From Paraphysomonas bandaiensis (lineage: Eukaryota; Protista; Chrysophyceae), in contig CBFFRP010000365.1 of NCBI GenBank assembly GCA_965644295.1, positions 1-64,000 of the forward strand: a stretch of DNA of 64,000 bases. The letters are read 5' to 3'. Made by a program: the position numbers and the translations under genes. How positions within the stretch are numbered: position 1 is the first letter of the stretch; each line of letters begins with the position of its first letter. The notes below the pieces were generated by a model. It saw only the letters and a program-made list of their open reading frames with translations. It did no database searches and was not told the DNA's origin. Shown piece after piece: positions 39,487 through 52,225 of the stretch.

Positions 39487-40577
39487 ATAATGTAATCTTA
39501 ACTTGATTAATGAGTGAATACACGTCCAGTTAACTTAGTAATCATCCAATTGTGTCATATCTTGACAGCTCTTTCACACTTTCTCAGGTTTTGTTTGTAC
39601 TACATCCTAAGATATGTCTATATAGTGTTACTAAGTTGTTACTAAGTGTGAATAGAAGTAAGTGTTACTAAGTGTCGAAAGGTTATGTAAGTAAAAGTTA
39701 CGTTGTATCGAATGTTAGTTATTGGTAAAAATGAAACAAACTAAGACTAAGGAACAGATAGCAAAAAATATTACTAAATAAGTAGAAACAAACGATGCAG
39801 GAAGAAGTGTTAAGTCAGCCGACGGAAATGAATTGGTTTCAGTGAGCTGGTCATGTCTCCAGTTCGGCTGTTCGAGCTGCCACATGCTGCTGCTCGTTTA
39901 AAGTATCCATTCTCTTGCGGCGAATATTAGTAACGAATCATTTCATCCAGTGTATCTGGACAAGTAAGAGCATGCAATGTCTGATAGAAGGGATCAGGAC
40001 TGCGGTCTTCCATGATCGAACACTCTGCAGGCAAGGGAGTAAAATCTTCCTCAAGCTCCAGAGCGCAAGTAAAACTCCAGGATTGTCAGGCAAGGGAATT
40101 TTACTTGCGCTCTGGAGTATATTCTGGATACGAGTGTATGGATGGGAGTTCTATGAGCTCTACTGGGATGCCCTTCGCGCTAACGAGAACAAAAGCGTCG
40201 TTTTTCATCGTCTTGTCATGGAGCATGCCAATAAAGAAGTGTCACTCCAGGCAACACTCACTGTGAGGACACGAATCTTAGTCGTGATGATAACTCTGAC
40301 TTGATTGCAGTGAAGTTGTGATTGTGTAGTAATCGCAAATGCGGCTGACTAAAGTGTGACGTCGAACAGAACATTGAAGTATGGGCAGGCACTGGTATGT
40401 GAACAGCGTTTTGGAACTCCAAGGAGCAGATAGGGATGGTTTGAGGGAACAAGATACCATCATCCAGCTGAAATCTTGATGTCGTGCTGCAGAAACCGCA
40501 ACTTCAATTAGATAGTAGCGAATGCCACGCACTTAGATTGTGATGTCTTGGAATTCCAATAAGGCAACAATTCTGTG

Positions 40578-40739
40578 TGTGGGAATAAGTCGATCCAGCA
40601 GAATATGTCGATCCAGCAAAAAAATCCAGGCTTTTTTGATGCATGTTGTTTTTTGACGAATATATTTCAGAGAAATAACGAAAAAAGGTCGATTTTTTTG
40701 CTGGATCGACATATTCTGCTGGATCGACTTATTCCCACA
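40578..40739. mobile_element. MITE with ~49-bp perfect TIRs
   Basis: TGTGGGAATAAGTCGATCCAGCAGAATATGTCGATCCAGCAAAAAAATC and its reverse complement flank the element. It is absent from the homologous site at ~20555-20590. Confidence 0.85.
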
Positions 40740-41679
40740 GAAGGAATTTGAGAGAGCGAATACACTGTGAATCGTGCCATTATTAACTGTGAGTTCGTAT
40801 TGCAAGCTTCATCACTATGCGGGAGAGCTATTGTGAAGGTTTATGCCTCATTATCGACAAAATGAGCGTGAAAAGTGGGTTCCCGTGACCTGTAGAAAAG
40901 CGGAGAGTGTATGTCTCGAGGTTATTGAAGATGACGCAAGCAAGCAGAATGCCTATTAGTATTGGAGGGGAGAAAAGCATTTGAAATGCGCAGTGAAAGT
41001 TCAGTCCGAGTAGGTCGTTGATTCATGTGCTGATTTACAGCATGAAACCGTGTTTGAAATGGAAAAAGAAGACCATGCAGGTGAGGTAGTGGATATGCTC
41101 GACTTACTGAGCAATGCTCTCAGTCGTGGTAAATAGAGAATTGCATCAGAAATGGCTTTAAGCTCCAGAGACTCCGGGCTAGTGTCAGGTAATAAGTAGT
41201 GGTACTAGAGACTAGAGTAGTAGAGTGTGTAGCTGGAGTACTATTGGGCTGTTGAGTAATAATCAGTTCATTCATTGGGGTACAGTTATTGCTTTTCTGT
41301 TACATGCGCAAGCAATAATGAGACCTAGATGGTGTACTGTAATGTACTATAAGATTAGGTGAAATTTATATATGCTCAAGATTTGTCGTTAATTTGCAGC
41401 AAACGCATGCATGTGTATGTGAATATGAAATATATGATGTACATTGTATACTAACCATATTACATGCATGCAATATTTGCTAGTTAGAGTATGCTTCCAC
41501 AATAGTCTTGTAGGTGAATACCTACTGTTCTTACGTTCTTACACCTAGACAACCGAGACAATCTACTCGTACGAGTCATGGGAATTCGAGAAGAGAAAAA
41601 GTCAAAAATTATAAAAAAGTACCTTTTTATATTTAATTCCAACAAGCACAACCATGTTCCACTATTGATTTAATATGTG

Positions 41680-41920
41680 TACCGGCACCAAGCAAGCTCC
41701 AGCTAGATCTACACTATACTTGCATGGCCTATATGGGATTACAAGAAACCCCGCGCATGCAAGGGGAGGAGGGGGCGGTCTATACTGAGTCATGCCTGGT
41801 CATGATCTATGCGGTCAGTTACGTTGGTGCACTTGTAGACTGGTGGAAGAATCAGTGCAAAATCTCGGTGTTATAAGTGGTATACCAGCGAACTTAACTA
41901 TGGCCACGCCCTCGGAATGG
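41680..41920. repeat. Dispersed repeat with an inverted homolog at ~57478-57862
   Basis: Shared blocks CTAGATCTACACTATACTTGCAT, ATTACAAGAAACCCCGCGCAT and AATCAGTGCAAAATCTCGGTGTTATA. Confidence 0.75.
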
Positions 41921-42519
41921 GGCAAGTTGAATAATACATGCTGTATAAACAATCAGAGTGTTGTCAAACATAACATACATGCATATGTCGTCTGGTTGTG
42001 TTCATATTGCAGGTAATGCATGCATGTGAGTTGAGTGATACATCATGCTGTCTATAGCTATTAATACTCAATGAAATATAATAATATGACGATAGATTCG
42101 TGCTCAGCACCTCTGAATTAGTCTACCAGCATCATTCCTCCATCAGCATCACTGTGAGCAGACATACTCAGACAAACCATGATCACAAGGGCATCATGAT
42201 GGATGACAGCGACAGATGGTTGAAAAGATGAAGACACTCACTTGCAACTTAACGCAACACTGAACTGATGAGAGATCAAAGTGACGGTCACGAGAATGAA
42301 ATGGATGTGTGTGTGTGTGTGTTATGGGCAGATGAAAAGAAATCACCAAATGAAAAATAGTGTGTCTCTTCAAGATACGAAGTGTGTATTATGGTATCTT
42401 TTTTTGTTCTGATCGTGTGAGTGCGTTGTAGTATCGTAGAAGTGAGATGATGATGTATGTATATACCACTCTCACTTCTTTCCTACACTTCACTCCACTT
42501 CTATATACAGATATATGAG

Positions 42520-45500
42520 ATGGGTAATATTACTGAAGCTGCTTATAAGGGTGATTTCAATGGTGTGAAGAGGTGTGTTGAGAGGGGTATCAATATCAAT
42601 ACACGAGATGAATGGGTAACAGACATATACATACATACATACATACATACATACATACATACATACATACATACATACCTACATACATACATACATACAT
42701 ACATACATACATACCTACATACATACATACATGCATAGAGTGTTATGAGGCTCATATGATATTTTTGTTATTGTTTTGTTTTGTAGGATGGTTCTACAGC
42801 TCTTCACTATGCTGCCTATAATGGTCACAGAGATACAGCAGAGTATCTTATAAGAGCAGGAGCAGATATAAATATTCAAAATAATGTACGTAACCCCTCC
42901 ATACAGACATACAGAGATACAGAGATAGAGTGTGATGAAGGCTCATGTGATGTTGTTGTTTTGTTTTATAGTATGGTTTTACAGCTCTTCACTTGGCTGC
43001 CGCTTATGGTCACAGAGATATAGCTGAGTATCTTATAAGAGCAGGAGCAGAAATACATATACAAAACAAAGTACGTAACCCCTCCATACAGACATACAGA
43101 GATACAGAGATAGAGTGTGATGAGGGCTCGTATGATATTTGTGTTATTGTTTTGTTTTATAGAATGGTTGGACAGCTCTTCACTCTGCTGCCTCTGGTGG
43201 TCATAGAGATATAGCTGAGTATCTGATAAGAGCAGGAGCAGATATTAATATACAAAACAAAGTACGTAACCCCTCCATACATACAGACAGACAGACATAC
43301 AGAGATAGAGTGTTATGAGGGCTCGTATGATATTTTTGTTATTGTTATTGTTTTATAGGGTGGTTGGACAGCTCTTCACTCGGCTGCGTATAATGGTCAC
43401 AGAGATATAGCAGAGTGTCTTATAAGAGCAGGAGCAGATATAAATATACGAACCAATGTAAGTAACCCCTCCATACATACATACATACACACAGTGTTCG
43501 AGGGCTCGTATGTTATTGTTATTGTTTTATAGGGTAGTTTTACAGCTTTTCACTGGGCTGCCTATAATGGTCACAGAGATACAGCAGAGTGTCTTATAAC
43601 AGCAGGAGCAGATATAAATATACAAAACAAAGTACGTAACCCCTCCATACATACATACATACATACATACAGACAGACAGACATACAGATAGAGATAGAG
43701 TGTGATGAGGGCTCGTATGATATTTTTGTTATTGTTTTGTAGGATGGTTGGGCAGCTCTTCACTGGGCTGCCTCTAGAGGTCACAGAGATACAGCAGAGT
43801 GTCTTATAAGAGCAGGAGTAGATATAAATATACGAACCAATGTAAGTAACCCCTACATACATACATACATATATTCATACAGTGTCAATAAGGCTCATAT
43901 GATATTATTGTTATTGTTGAATAGGGTGGTTGTGCAGCTCTTCACTGTGCTGCCTCTAGAGGTCACAGAGATACAGCTGAGTATCTTATAAGAGCAGGAG
44001 CAGATATTAATATACTAGACAATGTAAGTAACCCCTCCATACATATATATATATTCATACAGTGTCAATAGGGCTCATGTAGTATTATCGTATTTGTTTC
44101 TTAGGTTGGTTCTACAGCTCTTCACTATGCTGCCAGTAAAGGTCACAGAGATACAGCTGAGTATCTTATAAGAGAAGGAGCTGATATTAATAAACGAGAC
44201 ATTGTATGTAACCCCTTTATACATATATATATACATACAGTGTAAATAGGTCTCATGTGATATTATCGTATTTGTTTTATAGGTTGGTTCTACAGCTCTT
44301 CACTATGCTGCCAGTAAAGGTCACAGAGATACAGCTGAGTATCTTATAAGAGAAGGAGCAGATATTAATAAACGAGACATTGTATGTAACCCCTCTATGC
44401 ATATATATATATATATACATGCATACATACATACAGTGTAAATAGGTCTCATGTGATATTATCGTATTTGTTTTATAGGTTGGTTCTACAGCTCTTCACT
44501 ATGCTGCCAGTAAAGGTCACAGAGGTATAGCTGAGTATCTTATAAGAGCAGGAGCAGGTATTAATATACGAGACAATGTAAGTGACCCCTGCATACGTGT
44601 ATACATACTTATATGCATACATATATATATATACGTATATAGTGTTATGAGGCTCATATATAAGTGTGCATGTACTTCACTGATTCTTTATGTATATACA
44701 TACGTACATGCATAGAGTGTTATGAGGGCTCGTATGATATTTTTGTTATTGTTTTATAGTATGGTTGGACAGCTCTTCACTATGCAGCTCGTTATTGTCA
44801 TGGAGATACAGCTGAGTGTCTTATAAGAGCAGGAGCAGATATAACTATACCAATCAATGTAATATACATATAACATATATACAGTGTTGATAGGGCTCAT
44901 ATGATATTTTTTTAATAGATTGGTTTTACAGCTCCTACTTGGCTCTCTCTAATTGTCAGAGATATATATCTGCGTATCTTTTAAGATCAGGAGCAGATGC
45001 ATATATACGAGACAATGTAAGTAACCCCTACATACATATGTGACATATCTGTATGTTGTCCTCTATACAAGGGTGAGTGTATCCTGACTACAGTGGGTAT
45101 ACGGTTGTAGGGTAGATGTTGGGTGAAGACATGTGGTGCTGTTGGGTACGAGTGGTAGATGGGTACGCATTTACATTTGCACGGGTACGAGATGTACGGG
45201 GCTTAAGTGTAGAGCCATCTTGTGCAAGATTGCTATGAGGAGTCACTCTTCTTAAGTTATGAGAGCATAGGTAGGAATAGTACTGATAATCATCTTTTGA
45301 GTAATGATCAGGGAATGACATTAAAGTATACGCGTGATGCATCTAGGCATAGTCCTCTGCTCACAAGCCCCACATCCCAGTCGTTTCACATCCATCCATC
45401 CATACATACATACATACATACATACATACATGCATAGAGTGTTATGAGGCTCATATGATATTGTTGTTATTGTTTTATAGGATGGTTTTACAGCTCTTCA

Positions 45501-45572
45501 CGTGGCTGCCTTTGAAGGTCACAGAGATACAGCTGAGTATCTTATAAGAGCAGGACAAATATTCAAAGCAAT
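42520..45572 (+). CDS. Ankyrin-repeat gene 1: N-cap exon, 11 intact 99-nt one-repeat exons and 2 frameshifted exons; 3'-truncated, possibly a pseudogene
   Basis: Exons 42520-615, 42787-885, 42972-43070, 43163-261, 43359-457, 43533-631, 43743-841, 43925-44023, 44105-203, 44283-381, 44479-577 and 44760-858 all have GT-AG boundaries in phase 0. Each repeat exon encodes [33 protein letters not shown]. Exons at ~44919-45016 and 45481-45572 are damaged. Confidence 0.88.
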
Positions 45573-46722
45573 GTAAGCAACCCCCTCCATACATACATAC
45601 ATGCATACATGCATAGAGTGTTATGAGGGCTCGTATGATATTTTTGTTATTGTAGTGTCATCAAATCCACTCACACATACACATACAAACACATATATAC
45701 AGCATACATATAGACATATATATACAGCATACATGTTAAAGTAATGGATGACTTGGATTCATATTCCAACACTCTAGATATGTACTTCAATGGTGGCTCG
45801 CAGGAAGAACCGGTGGGACCTGTCTGTTTACGTCATCAGATAGAGGGGTACGCTCCTCGATGTGCTCTTAGTGTGTTATGGATGCAGCTGCAGCATTCCT
45901 TGATGAAATTTATGATGCTAAAACTGAAGCAGCAGAAGATGGTGAATCGTGCAGTGAGTGAAATCGAACAAATGATCTTAATTTCACACAGGCGACTTGT
46001 CGTTATCAAAAACCGTAATATGAACAAGAAAGCGGACACAAAGAAGGAAGGAAGTGAGACCAACAACCATCAGAGGATTTAAGTTCTTGGATGATTATAT
46101 TATGACCTCTGAGTCTTCCTTCTCCATCGAGTACTCTGGGAGGAGCCACTGTTACGCTCGGAAGAAGTTATAAACATTACACGATAAAGAACCTAAGTTG
46201 TATTCGATGTGTTCAACACCATTCATTTACTACTATAGTGTACAAACCACACACTCTGTAATCGTATCATGTATAGTCACCAACTTCTACTTCAGTTTCA
46301 TACTACACAATATAATGTACTAATTACATGTATATATAACTTTCGATCCTTGTATCCCACATAATACTGCACTCTCAATTGCAAGTATATAGAATCTTCA
46401 GATCCCAACATCCTCCAGGACAGTGGGATCTTATTATTATTGATGGACGGCAAAACCATGGATTCATTATTCATTTGGTTAGCTATAATTTGAAAATCTA
46501 CAACAGAAAAGTCTGGAAAAGTTATTTTTTAATGTTATTTTTATTACAGTAATGATATTTTAACAACCATGCGTCGTCGTCATCGGCCCGTAGATGATGC
46601 TTGATCTGAACGCACCAGCTACAACACTTCTCAACCCATGTGTAGTCAGACTTATTCGAAATGGTTATTGCTGTGCAGAAGTGCAAATAGCAGTAGTTCT
46701 GACGCGTACACATACGACTCCG

Positions 46723-48315
46723 TTACAAGTCAGGAGGGCAATCAGGAACATCGCTTCCTGCATACTTCAACGGCGTAGGTTTTTCAGATAAATCAACACG
46801 ATCAAGCATATGATTGATATTTTCATCTGCATCCGCTATCAATCGGGCGCACACGGCAATGGCTCGATCGTCATCGCCATCAAAAGAGACAACCTTCCCG
46901 AATTTTTGGGTACTTTTTCCTTGTAAAGTCGTAGCTCCCGAAGCGGCTCGAAATACACTCGATGTCAAATTAATTTTAAAGGGACCTGAGGAATCTGGTA
47001 ATATGGGTTCTGAGTCGTGTAGTCTTCTCCCCTTACAGGTCAGCGTTTGACTTTTTACATCAACTCCACAAACGTTTTGAATTTCTGTCTTTAATTCCGA
47101 AACATTTCCTGAACATGGAACACGCAAATGCAAATCTCCCGTGCTGGTCGTGATTATGACCGCTACAGACCTATCTACAACCTCGCCGCCCCCACGGAGT
47201 CTCAATACCAAATGAAGTGTTGATTCCTTTTGGATATTATAATCATCTAATGTCAGCTCTTTGTCGAACAGTAAACGTGCGCTGGAATCAGAAAGGAAGG
47301 CATGAATGACAGGTTTTGGTGGCAGAGAAAAACTTTCTAGAGTCTTCTCGTCACCGTCACGCATAACCACCGGGGCGTAATTCGTCGTGGTATTCATTCC
47401 AGGAAATAACTGTCCATTTATTGTTAGGCAGACATCGTCCACAGAGACGCCGAACCTCTCACGCATCGATTCCTTGATCTGTTTGACAGTGATGGACGGC
47501 AACAATCTGAACTCATATCGTTCCGATGAGCAGTAATTCCCTGTAACCTCTATGGTTACATCCCACATAACAGCAGGAGTATACTTAATTTTAACGAGTC
47601 CGTTCTCTGCACGCTGACCGACAATTCCAGTGTTGGCTGGAGCCAGGGAGAGGGCACGGCGTTGATCATCTGTAAGTGCACTGGAATCTTTTCGTTCGAC
47701 GATTGCCGCTGCACTTGCTTCCACGGCTAAACGTGTACGATAAAAGGTAAATTTCTTGGCCACCTTAACAGGTCTCTCAATTACAGCAGTTTCGTTTGCA
47801 TTCAAGAGCCAAGATCCCATACGATGTCCATCAATTTCAAGCTGGGCAGCACACTGTGAATCCGAGAAAGGACTTGCTAATTTAACTTTGTAAGTGGAAC
47901 CATGAGGCAGAACATACTGTATCTGAGAGGCATCTTCAGACATTCGGATGTCAAATTCGTTTCCGATGTCATCAAGAATACTCATGTAATTAGCCAATTC
48001 GGCATCCTTGGATGAATTACCCGAGGGTGTTCCTAATAGAAAAGAGAAGTGAAGAAAAGAAGCGAAGTGATGGCCTTACCTAATGGGTACCTTCGAGAAG
48101 GTATCCTCTCGCACAGTCGTTTGCCAGCAAATATCAAACGCTGTTGATCGGGCGGACATCCTTCTTTATCCTGTACAAAATGCATTATTGATGATATATA
48201 CATATGAATAATTCTCATTTACTTGGATTTTTCGCTTCACATCAGCAACGGTATCGGTGCGTTCCACATCCAAAGTGATCGTCTTTCCCGTTAGAGTTTT
48301 CACAAATATTTGCAT
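46723..48315 (-). CDS. Multi-ubiquitin-like-domain protein (~497 aa) with a split ubiquitin; introns 48171-48222 and 48033-48079
   Basis: [21 protein letters not shown]|[17 protein letters not shown] splices in frame to ORF 47997, which contains [22 protein letters not shown] and further Ubl-like segments. Confidence 0.85.
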
Positions 48316-48552
48316 GATTTATTTGACACTTGAATAAAAGAAATAATCAGAATGTTAGTGATGTTGAATGAAATGATTGCTATGAACTCCTTCATATAGA
48401 TATGCATATACATACATATACATATGATCAGCTTGAGGAAATAAACCAAAGAAAGGAAAAAGAAGATTTTTTCAGGAATTCCAAGAATTCTTCGTATGTA
48501 TGTATCCTCAAGAGCCAAAAACTGAAAAACAACATTCTGACTAGAGAATATA

Positions 48553-48704
48553 CGTATAGGCATCCTTGGTATATTTTTGTTCAAAGATGCCTCTAATATT
48601 GAGACAACAATTATCTGTATTCCAGCCGTAGTTGTGTATCAGTAATATAGAGAATATTTGCTTCAATTTATTCCCGAAAAAATAAGATGCTGACTGTCGA
48701 TACC
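48553..48704 (-). mobile_element. ~150-bp MITE (TIR consensus CGTATAGGCA)
   Basis: Inverted homolog of 51825-51975 and 4415-4560. Confidence 0.75.
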
Positions 48705-49354
48705 ATAACAGGCAGAAACCAGCAGTACGGTATGAAGGTCAGTGTACATGCATGTACAGCTTGAGGCAAAGATACGTCCAGCTGTCTAGCTTCTGTTATG
48801 ATTATTTTGCCTGATGATGCAAATGGGTATGCTGGGGGGCTATTGTATGATGATTGATGCATGTGATTGGTACAGCTGCTGGTTAAGTACCGTACCCTTT
48901 ATATTGAGTTACATTGTCTGATGATGATGCAAATGGGTGTGCTGGGCTATTGCGTGATACTTGATGCATGTGATTGGTGTAGATTCATTTGTGTGGTAAT
49001 GATTATGACGTGCGTGATTTGGTGAACTCCAGCTATGGTTTAAATCACGTAGCCTACAGGAGCAGATTCAAGAGGACACCCGGGTGTGCAGTATAATAAT
49101 CTATTTCGACATATCCTCATGGGAAGTTCGGATTATTACCAGGCTGGCGCTACTCGTGCACCTTTAGCTCCTGGATTTTTGACAGGTGAATGATATAGTG
49201 TAAAGCTATTTGTTGTACATATCTTTGGTTTCTTTCTGCTATATGCCTTTGTATAGAGTTATCACATTCGATTACTTCATTCTAATTCTTTATTTATAAC
49301 TGAAGAAATTCGCCAGAAACCTCCGTCCCACCCCTCCACTAGTGGACCTTCGTC

Positions 49355-49700
49355 GGCAGTTCATATGACAGTTCATCGGCAGTTCAATTTACGAGCGCGC
49401 TTCATATGGCAGTTCGTATAACAGTACAAACTTTCGAAAGGTTTATATGGCAGTTTGTATGATGGCAGTTCATAGTGCATATTTTATATGTCTATTATTC
49501 TATGTTGTATGGTATTGTAAGGACCATTTAAAACATAATCCTGGCATTAGAATGCACTACAGCTTTATCATATATATCATGTTAAATTTGCATATCAATG
49601 GTTTCAAAAATATAGGTTCATATGAATGGCAGATCATATGACAGTGCTAAATTCTTAAAGTTCATATGGCTGTTTCTATGTCTATTATTCTATGTTGTTT
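49355..49700. repeat. Cluster of short GTTCATATGGCAG-like repeats (possible TE subterminal region)
   Basis: The motif recurs about 8 times, and ATGTCTATTATTCTATGTTGT occurs twice. Confidence 0.55.
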
Positions 49701-51824
49701 GAACGTATAAACTCCCAACTGTACGAGGTTCGGCCTTTCCTCATTAAGTGCTTGAACAGGATTGTTCACATGCATAATGTATAAATCACAGTTTACGTGA
49801 TGACATCGTGTTTATCACTCCACCATATAGTAGTTACTCTGTCATGCTGTAAAACTCGGAGCACTTCGACAATCAATAACTACTTCTTTCATTATCCTTC
49901 TAATTCCTGTAGCACTACCGCAACAAATATAAGAGTAAAAATAATGACTACTATAGCTCGATATACAATTCAAAAGAATTGGCTCCTAAGAAAACAGGAT
50001 ATTATATGCTTTAGTAATAACCAGCTATCGGGTTATTCTATACTATACAAGCTCTCTATTGTATATACTTAAGTTTGTACATGCTATCTGTACAACATAG
50101 GTTGAATATTATTATTATTACCATATCTCACATTAAGATATATGATATATTATGACTATGACTACTCATGCTTATCATTGATATTTATATAACCATTCAA
50201 AAGACAAAGAAAGACAGGATTATCAACATTGAGACATAATGATGAAGATAATGAGTGATAATATTTATGTATATGTTCTTATTATATATATATATTGACT
50301 TTAAGGCTGGAGAAGTTTACTGAAGAATTCCGGGTTTGATATCCACACTGATAGATGTGTATTACCAGATTATTCAGTAATACAGTTATACATTACGTAT
50401 TTCCTTCAGTGTTTATTGGGGATTGATTGTACTTGGAAGTACGTATACAAGGTTTCAACTACAATGAGAATATTGAATGTATCTTCCCTTATACAGTGAT
50501 GATATTATGATCAACTGTGTTAGACTGATGTGTTTGGTATTGAATATGAATGATGTTCATTCCATTGATCACGGAATTGTAGGTGGATGTATATTGATTA
50601 TTGATAATAAGATGCAATTTCTTCACTCTGGAAATTACTTGTAGATATTATTGTAGTTGTAGACATATTCATTGTTATTCATTTATATCGTTAGTACTAT
50701 GGATGGGGGGACCCTTGACAGTGTACGAGAGTCTGCTACTCTGGAAACAGTATGGATAACTCTTAGGGTTATGCTAGGAGGTGTAGATCCATCTATTGCC
50801 AATGCAAGTAATGAACAGATCAGGAATATAGGCATTGGTTTTGGATTGGATGATTCTGACGTAGAAATCCTAGTCTCTCATATTCGTATTTCGTATATTC
50901 TTATGCTTGAATGGATACAATTATGATGAGTATCAACTCTCTATGAATCAAGATCTACTGAATAACATAACTCTGAGGAAAATACAGTAATGCTATCGTA
51001 TCAGTTTCGGATATCATGATATCCACGGTGCGCGGTGGTAGGGGTTGATGTGTTGACCAAGTTTGGTCACAATAGACATTTAGTTTTATCAATTTGTAAT
51101 CGTATAGTCGAATAGTGTCATTAGGATTTTATATGGTACTTCTAGATACATACAGGTACATAGTATAATGTGCAGTACTATGATTGTGCGTCATTATGAT
51201 CTTATATGATATATGATACCGCGAGCTCTGCCATACACACAGATATGTATATATATTATACATGTACTACATACTATGCTGTACATTAACATTGTCATTA
51301 TTATCTCTACATCCTTATACCACTATGCTACTACCTGGATTGCAGTGTACGACACACTCTGCACGATCTACTTAGACTGACAAGTGTCTTGACACAGAGC
51401 TAAGATACTATAGTATTGTTCAGGCCTGATAAGCACAAGGTTTGGAATAGCTAGAGACACACAAAACTTTTCTGACCTTCCTTTCCCTGGGTTGGACAGA
51501 GTGACCAGTGCGTTCGACTGGAGTCGGATTGGTCTGGACATTCGGAGAGTTGTGTTCACACTGGGGTTGGTCTTACACTCAACAACACACCACTCACAGT
51601 GCCCTTCAATGATATTCTATAGCGCCTATCCAACAATATTACTCTCGCCGTGGGTAACTTGCATTCCTGGTTTGGGTTATGTAGCCTAGAGTGCATATTG
51701 TTCTCTCAGTCCTGGACAAGGGTGGGTGTGACTCCATATCTGTTTGCAACCCCAAGTCTCCAGCTATTGTGTCTTGCTCCCCATCAATATTAGCTCATTG
51801 CTCCATTAATATTAACAAGAAGAC

Positions 51825-51975
51825 CGTATAGGCAGTCAGCAACTTATATTTCGGGAATAAATAGAAGCAAATATACTCTATATTAGTGATATACAACTAC
51901 GGCTGGAATACAGATAATTGTTGTCTCAATATTAGAGGCATCTTGGAACAAAAATATACCAAGGATGCTAATACG
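51825..51975 (+). mobile_element. ~150-bp MITE (TIR CGTATAGGCA..TGCTAATACG)
   Basis: Homologous to 48553-48704. Confidence 0.75.
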
Positions 51976-52149
51976 ACTCCAATGCAATATATCTGGATGT
52001 GGGTGTGAGTCCAGTGGAATCGGGAGGTTTTTGGGTGCTCAAATTCCCGAATTTTGAATCCTTACACACCCAAAAACGACTGTGAGGTAGGTTTTTTCGG
52101 TATGAGTAGTTTTTTTCTGTGACTTTTTTTTTCGTCAATTATCCTCACA

Positions 52150-52206
52150 GTCACTTCACTTCACTTCACTTCTCTTCACTTCACTTCATTTCTCTTCACT
52201 TCACTT
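52150..52206 (+). repeat. (TCACT)n tract directly upstream of ankyrin gene 2
   Basis: Direct pentamer run. A similar pyrimidine tract and CACTTCTATATACA.ATATATGAGATG precede gene 1. Confidence 0.85.
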
Positions 52207-52225
52207 CTATATACATATATATGAG

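Noticed and set aside
43488-43530. RAG RSS-like heptamer (CACAGTG/TACAGTG) in ankyrin introns
   Set aside because: The exact heptamer occurs in only one intron, and the nonamer-like TTTTTGT is in the wrong orientation.
42787-45572. CRISPR-like repeat/spacer appearance
   Set aside because: The repeats are 99-nt coding exons with GT-AG boundaries in a eukaryotic context, and no cas genes are present.
45744-46082. 112-aa ORF as the C-terminus of ankyrin gene 1
   Set aside because: No similarity to the C-cap or downstream exons of gene 2, and no recognisable domain.
50300-50930. Possible decayed kinase or effector-header gene
   Set aside because: Too many stops and no motif clear enough to support a call.
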